Part shown: one piece after another, positions 61,692-64,000 of the stretch
Layout: every line of letters begins with the position of its first letter
Numbering within the stretch: the stretch's first letter is position 1
Source of the DNA: Paraspadella gotoi
Taxonomy: Eukaryota; Animalia; Chaetognatha
DNA: 64,000 nucleotides
Assembly (NCBI GenBank): GCA_051294375.1
Contig: CM119265.1
Coordinates: 13,198,124 to 13,262,123 of the forward strand
Direction: 5' to 3'
The notes under the pieces: generated by a model
Told to the model about the DNA's origin: nothing
The model's database searches: none
The model's input: only the letters and a program-made list of their open reading frames with translations
Made by a program: the position numbers and the translations under genes

Positions 61692-64000
61692 CGTGCTCTT
61701 AACGTGCTCTTAACGTCGAATAAACTAAAACTTCACTCAGACCAGTTTTTCCTTTTTTTTTCTTAATACTTGTTCATCTCGTTTTTCGCGATATTGACTT
61801 GCAATGTACACTGTTTCACTTTTATCTCAATAGATAATTTTAATGCCCGCCGTTGAACTAGAAAGTTGCTTTCTATAGGGACAAAAACAAATTTAATAAG
61901 ACGTCTAAAAATATCATTATGGTCGGAGACTCCGAAAGAGAGGCCGACAAAGGCGTTGAAAGAAGGATCAATGCAGAAAATGTTTTACAAAGATGGCGAC
62001 AAATTAAGTTAGTTTTAAGATTAAAGAGAAAAAGAAAAAAAATGACGGAGTATGTAAAAACAGTTTAAAAAAAAGCAAAACGTAGACTGAGATGTGAAAT
62101 TAAAGAATGGCAAATATGGGAGATAATCAAAATGAACGAGACGGGGTCGCCTTGTGATCGAGGACAAAAAATAAGCCAAGCAATCGAGGATTCCAGCGAG
62201 CGAAATTCGAAAGAGTATCGAAAGAGCGTCCAACTTACCAATTCGTCTTTTCAAGTTTTTATCTATCGTGGAAGGATCGACTCAACTGACTTTAAAAATA
62301 ATAAGATTAAAAAGACTTTTTGGTGTATAGTATCATATTTATTTAACGAGCTTGAAAAAAAATATAGGACCATGCTACTTTCCACTGAAATATACAATAA
62401 TTATGATACTACTACTTCACTTGATAGCGGACTCTGAGCGTTCCGGAAAAATCCCCACCTTCAACATTACCCAACAAATAAAATAAAACGAATAAAAAAA
62501 TGGGGAAAAATATTTGCTTCTGAAGCCAAGCGTTTTGTTCATTAAATTCCGCTGCCGAAGAGAAGCATCGCTGGTTAAAGAAAAAAAGAATCGAAAGATA
62601 CATAATTTATTGTTCATTCATCCTCTGCTTGAATCTAGAGTAAAGTTGGATGTATATGTTTTGTTTTTGTATAAAAGTAAAAACTTTGATTAAAATATTT
62701 CTAAAACATTTTTTTTCCTAGGTACGATTCAGTTTAGACGTAAACCCGAAAAAAAGTCATATTTTATGATCTTTCGAAAGAAATAAACGATCACGACAAC
62801 ATCTATAATATCACAGTGCGAATGCCAGTGGTTTTTTGTTTTTTTTAAGAGGATGACGTATAATATATTAAATAAGGTCACGATAGAGTTACCCCCAAAG
62901 CTCTATTTTGCTAAGCTACGACTCATTTATTAAAACTACGGCTAATTGTAGCGAGATAACTACATCTACGAGTGATGGCATCGGCGGGCAACAACGCCCC
63001 CGTCCGACGGATGGCGAGAAAGGGGTTTTGTATATAAAAAGACGAGATATAAAAGATGGCGCTAAGTTAGTTGGACACGAGATCACAAGGAATGTTAGTA
63101 TAAACATAAAAAAAAAACTCGTTATCTTTAAGTCTGGTCATTATCCAAACCCATTCTACATTGTAATCATTTGGGAAAACAGCTTTTTCTGTTGCTTACT
63201 CGCCATAATTAAAGTGGGGGGGGGGAAATTCCGGGTCTTCTTTTATAAACGATTTTGGTTAAAAAGAGAGACATTTCGTAGATGGGCTCATCAACTTTGG
63301 ACCAAGATAACACTTTCTCTCAATAAAAAAATTTAAATTGAAAATAGGTATTAAATATTCTTTAACGTCTACTGATTTTAGATTTAATTTTTCGAATAAA
63401 TTTCCTTGTGATTTGGTTGTTACAAGCGATAATTTTTTTTAGCTTCTTCGGGATCCATGGTACATTGATGGTGCAATGTGTGTTCGTAACGGTTCCATCC
63501 CAATTCATTTTGAGATGTTATAACTTAAATTTAGAATCTCATTGGAAACAACTTCATCAGATGACATCCGGGTTTGTTTTTTAATATTTTTTTTTTATTC
63601 AAGTAGCTCATCTCATTGTTTTTTTTTTTGGGGTTGCGTTTCTCATTTTTGATAATAATTCGGTTTTCAATGGCAAATGGAAGATGAAAAATGTCTCATT
63701 GCGTTTAAAAATGAACAGGAAACACGACATGACATCCTAACTTCACATGACACTAATATTACGACACAGATAGAATAGTAACATTTAGTTTGTTTAGTAA
63801 AAAGTTAAGATTTGATTTGTATTAGTGACGCAGGGTGTTGAGTGAGAGATTTCGTCTATCACAAAAAAGAAAAACACGAAATGAGAGGAGTACACTTTTT
63901 TGTTTTGTTTTTTTTTTGTTCTGTGTGAGTGAGTGTGATGCTCGCCTTAATCAGCTGGGAACCACGAAGCCATTTACGAAGACAGAGGCCAGGGACGCAG

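Overview
Gapped draft scaffold from an intron-containing eukaryote, most likely an invertebrate animal. It is AT-rich and very dense in (CT/GA)n and (GAC/GTC)n microsatellites, has about 13 N-gaps, and contains several indel-noisy duplications that look like assembly artefacts. Most ORF-track entries are microsatellite read-through, so I built gene models by hand from splice sites and exon phase. Genes found: (1) a complete 6-exon RABL2 (60019-61691) with an RFX X-box-like site upstream; (2) a 9-exon type II transmembrane C-type lectin (CTL) gene spanning 10340-56949, whose single CTL domain (CTLD) is split by a ~32.6 kb intron; (3) inside that intron, a second same-strand type II CTL gene with an EPN motif (26018-28668) and an antisense signal-peptide/LDLa-domain gene (about 51.5 kb down to 42.8 kb or further); (4) inside an earlier 7.3 kb intron, an antisense gene for a small 12-Cys CxxC-repeat peptide with an acidic pro-piece (15709-16008); (5) internal exons of an unidentified Pro/Ser-rich gene (3.8-7.4 kb). 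Mobile DNA includes a TA-flanked deleted Tc1/mariner, a tRNA-derived SINE, Penelope-type mini-hammerhead remnants, helentron-like fragments and a ~345 bp dispersed/tandem repeat. All gene models are sequence-only predictions without transcript support.
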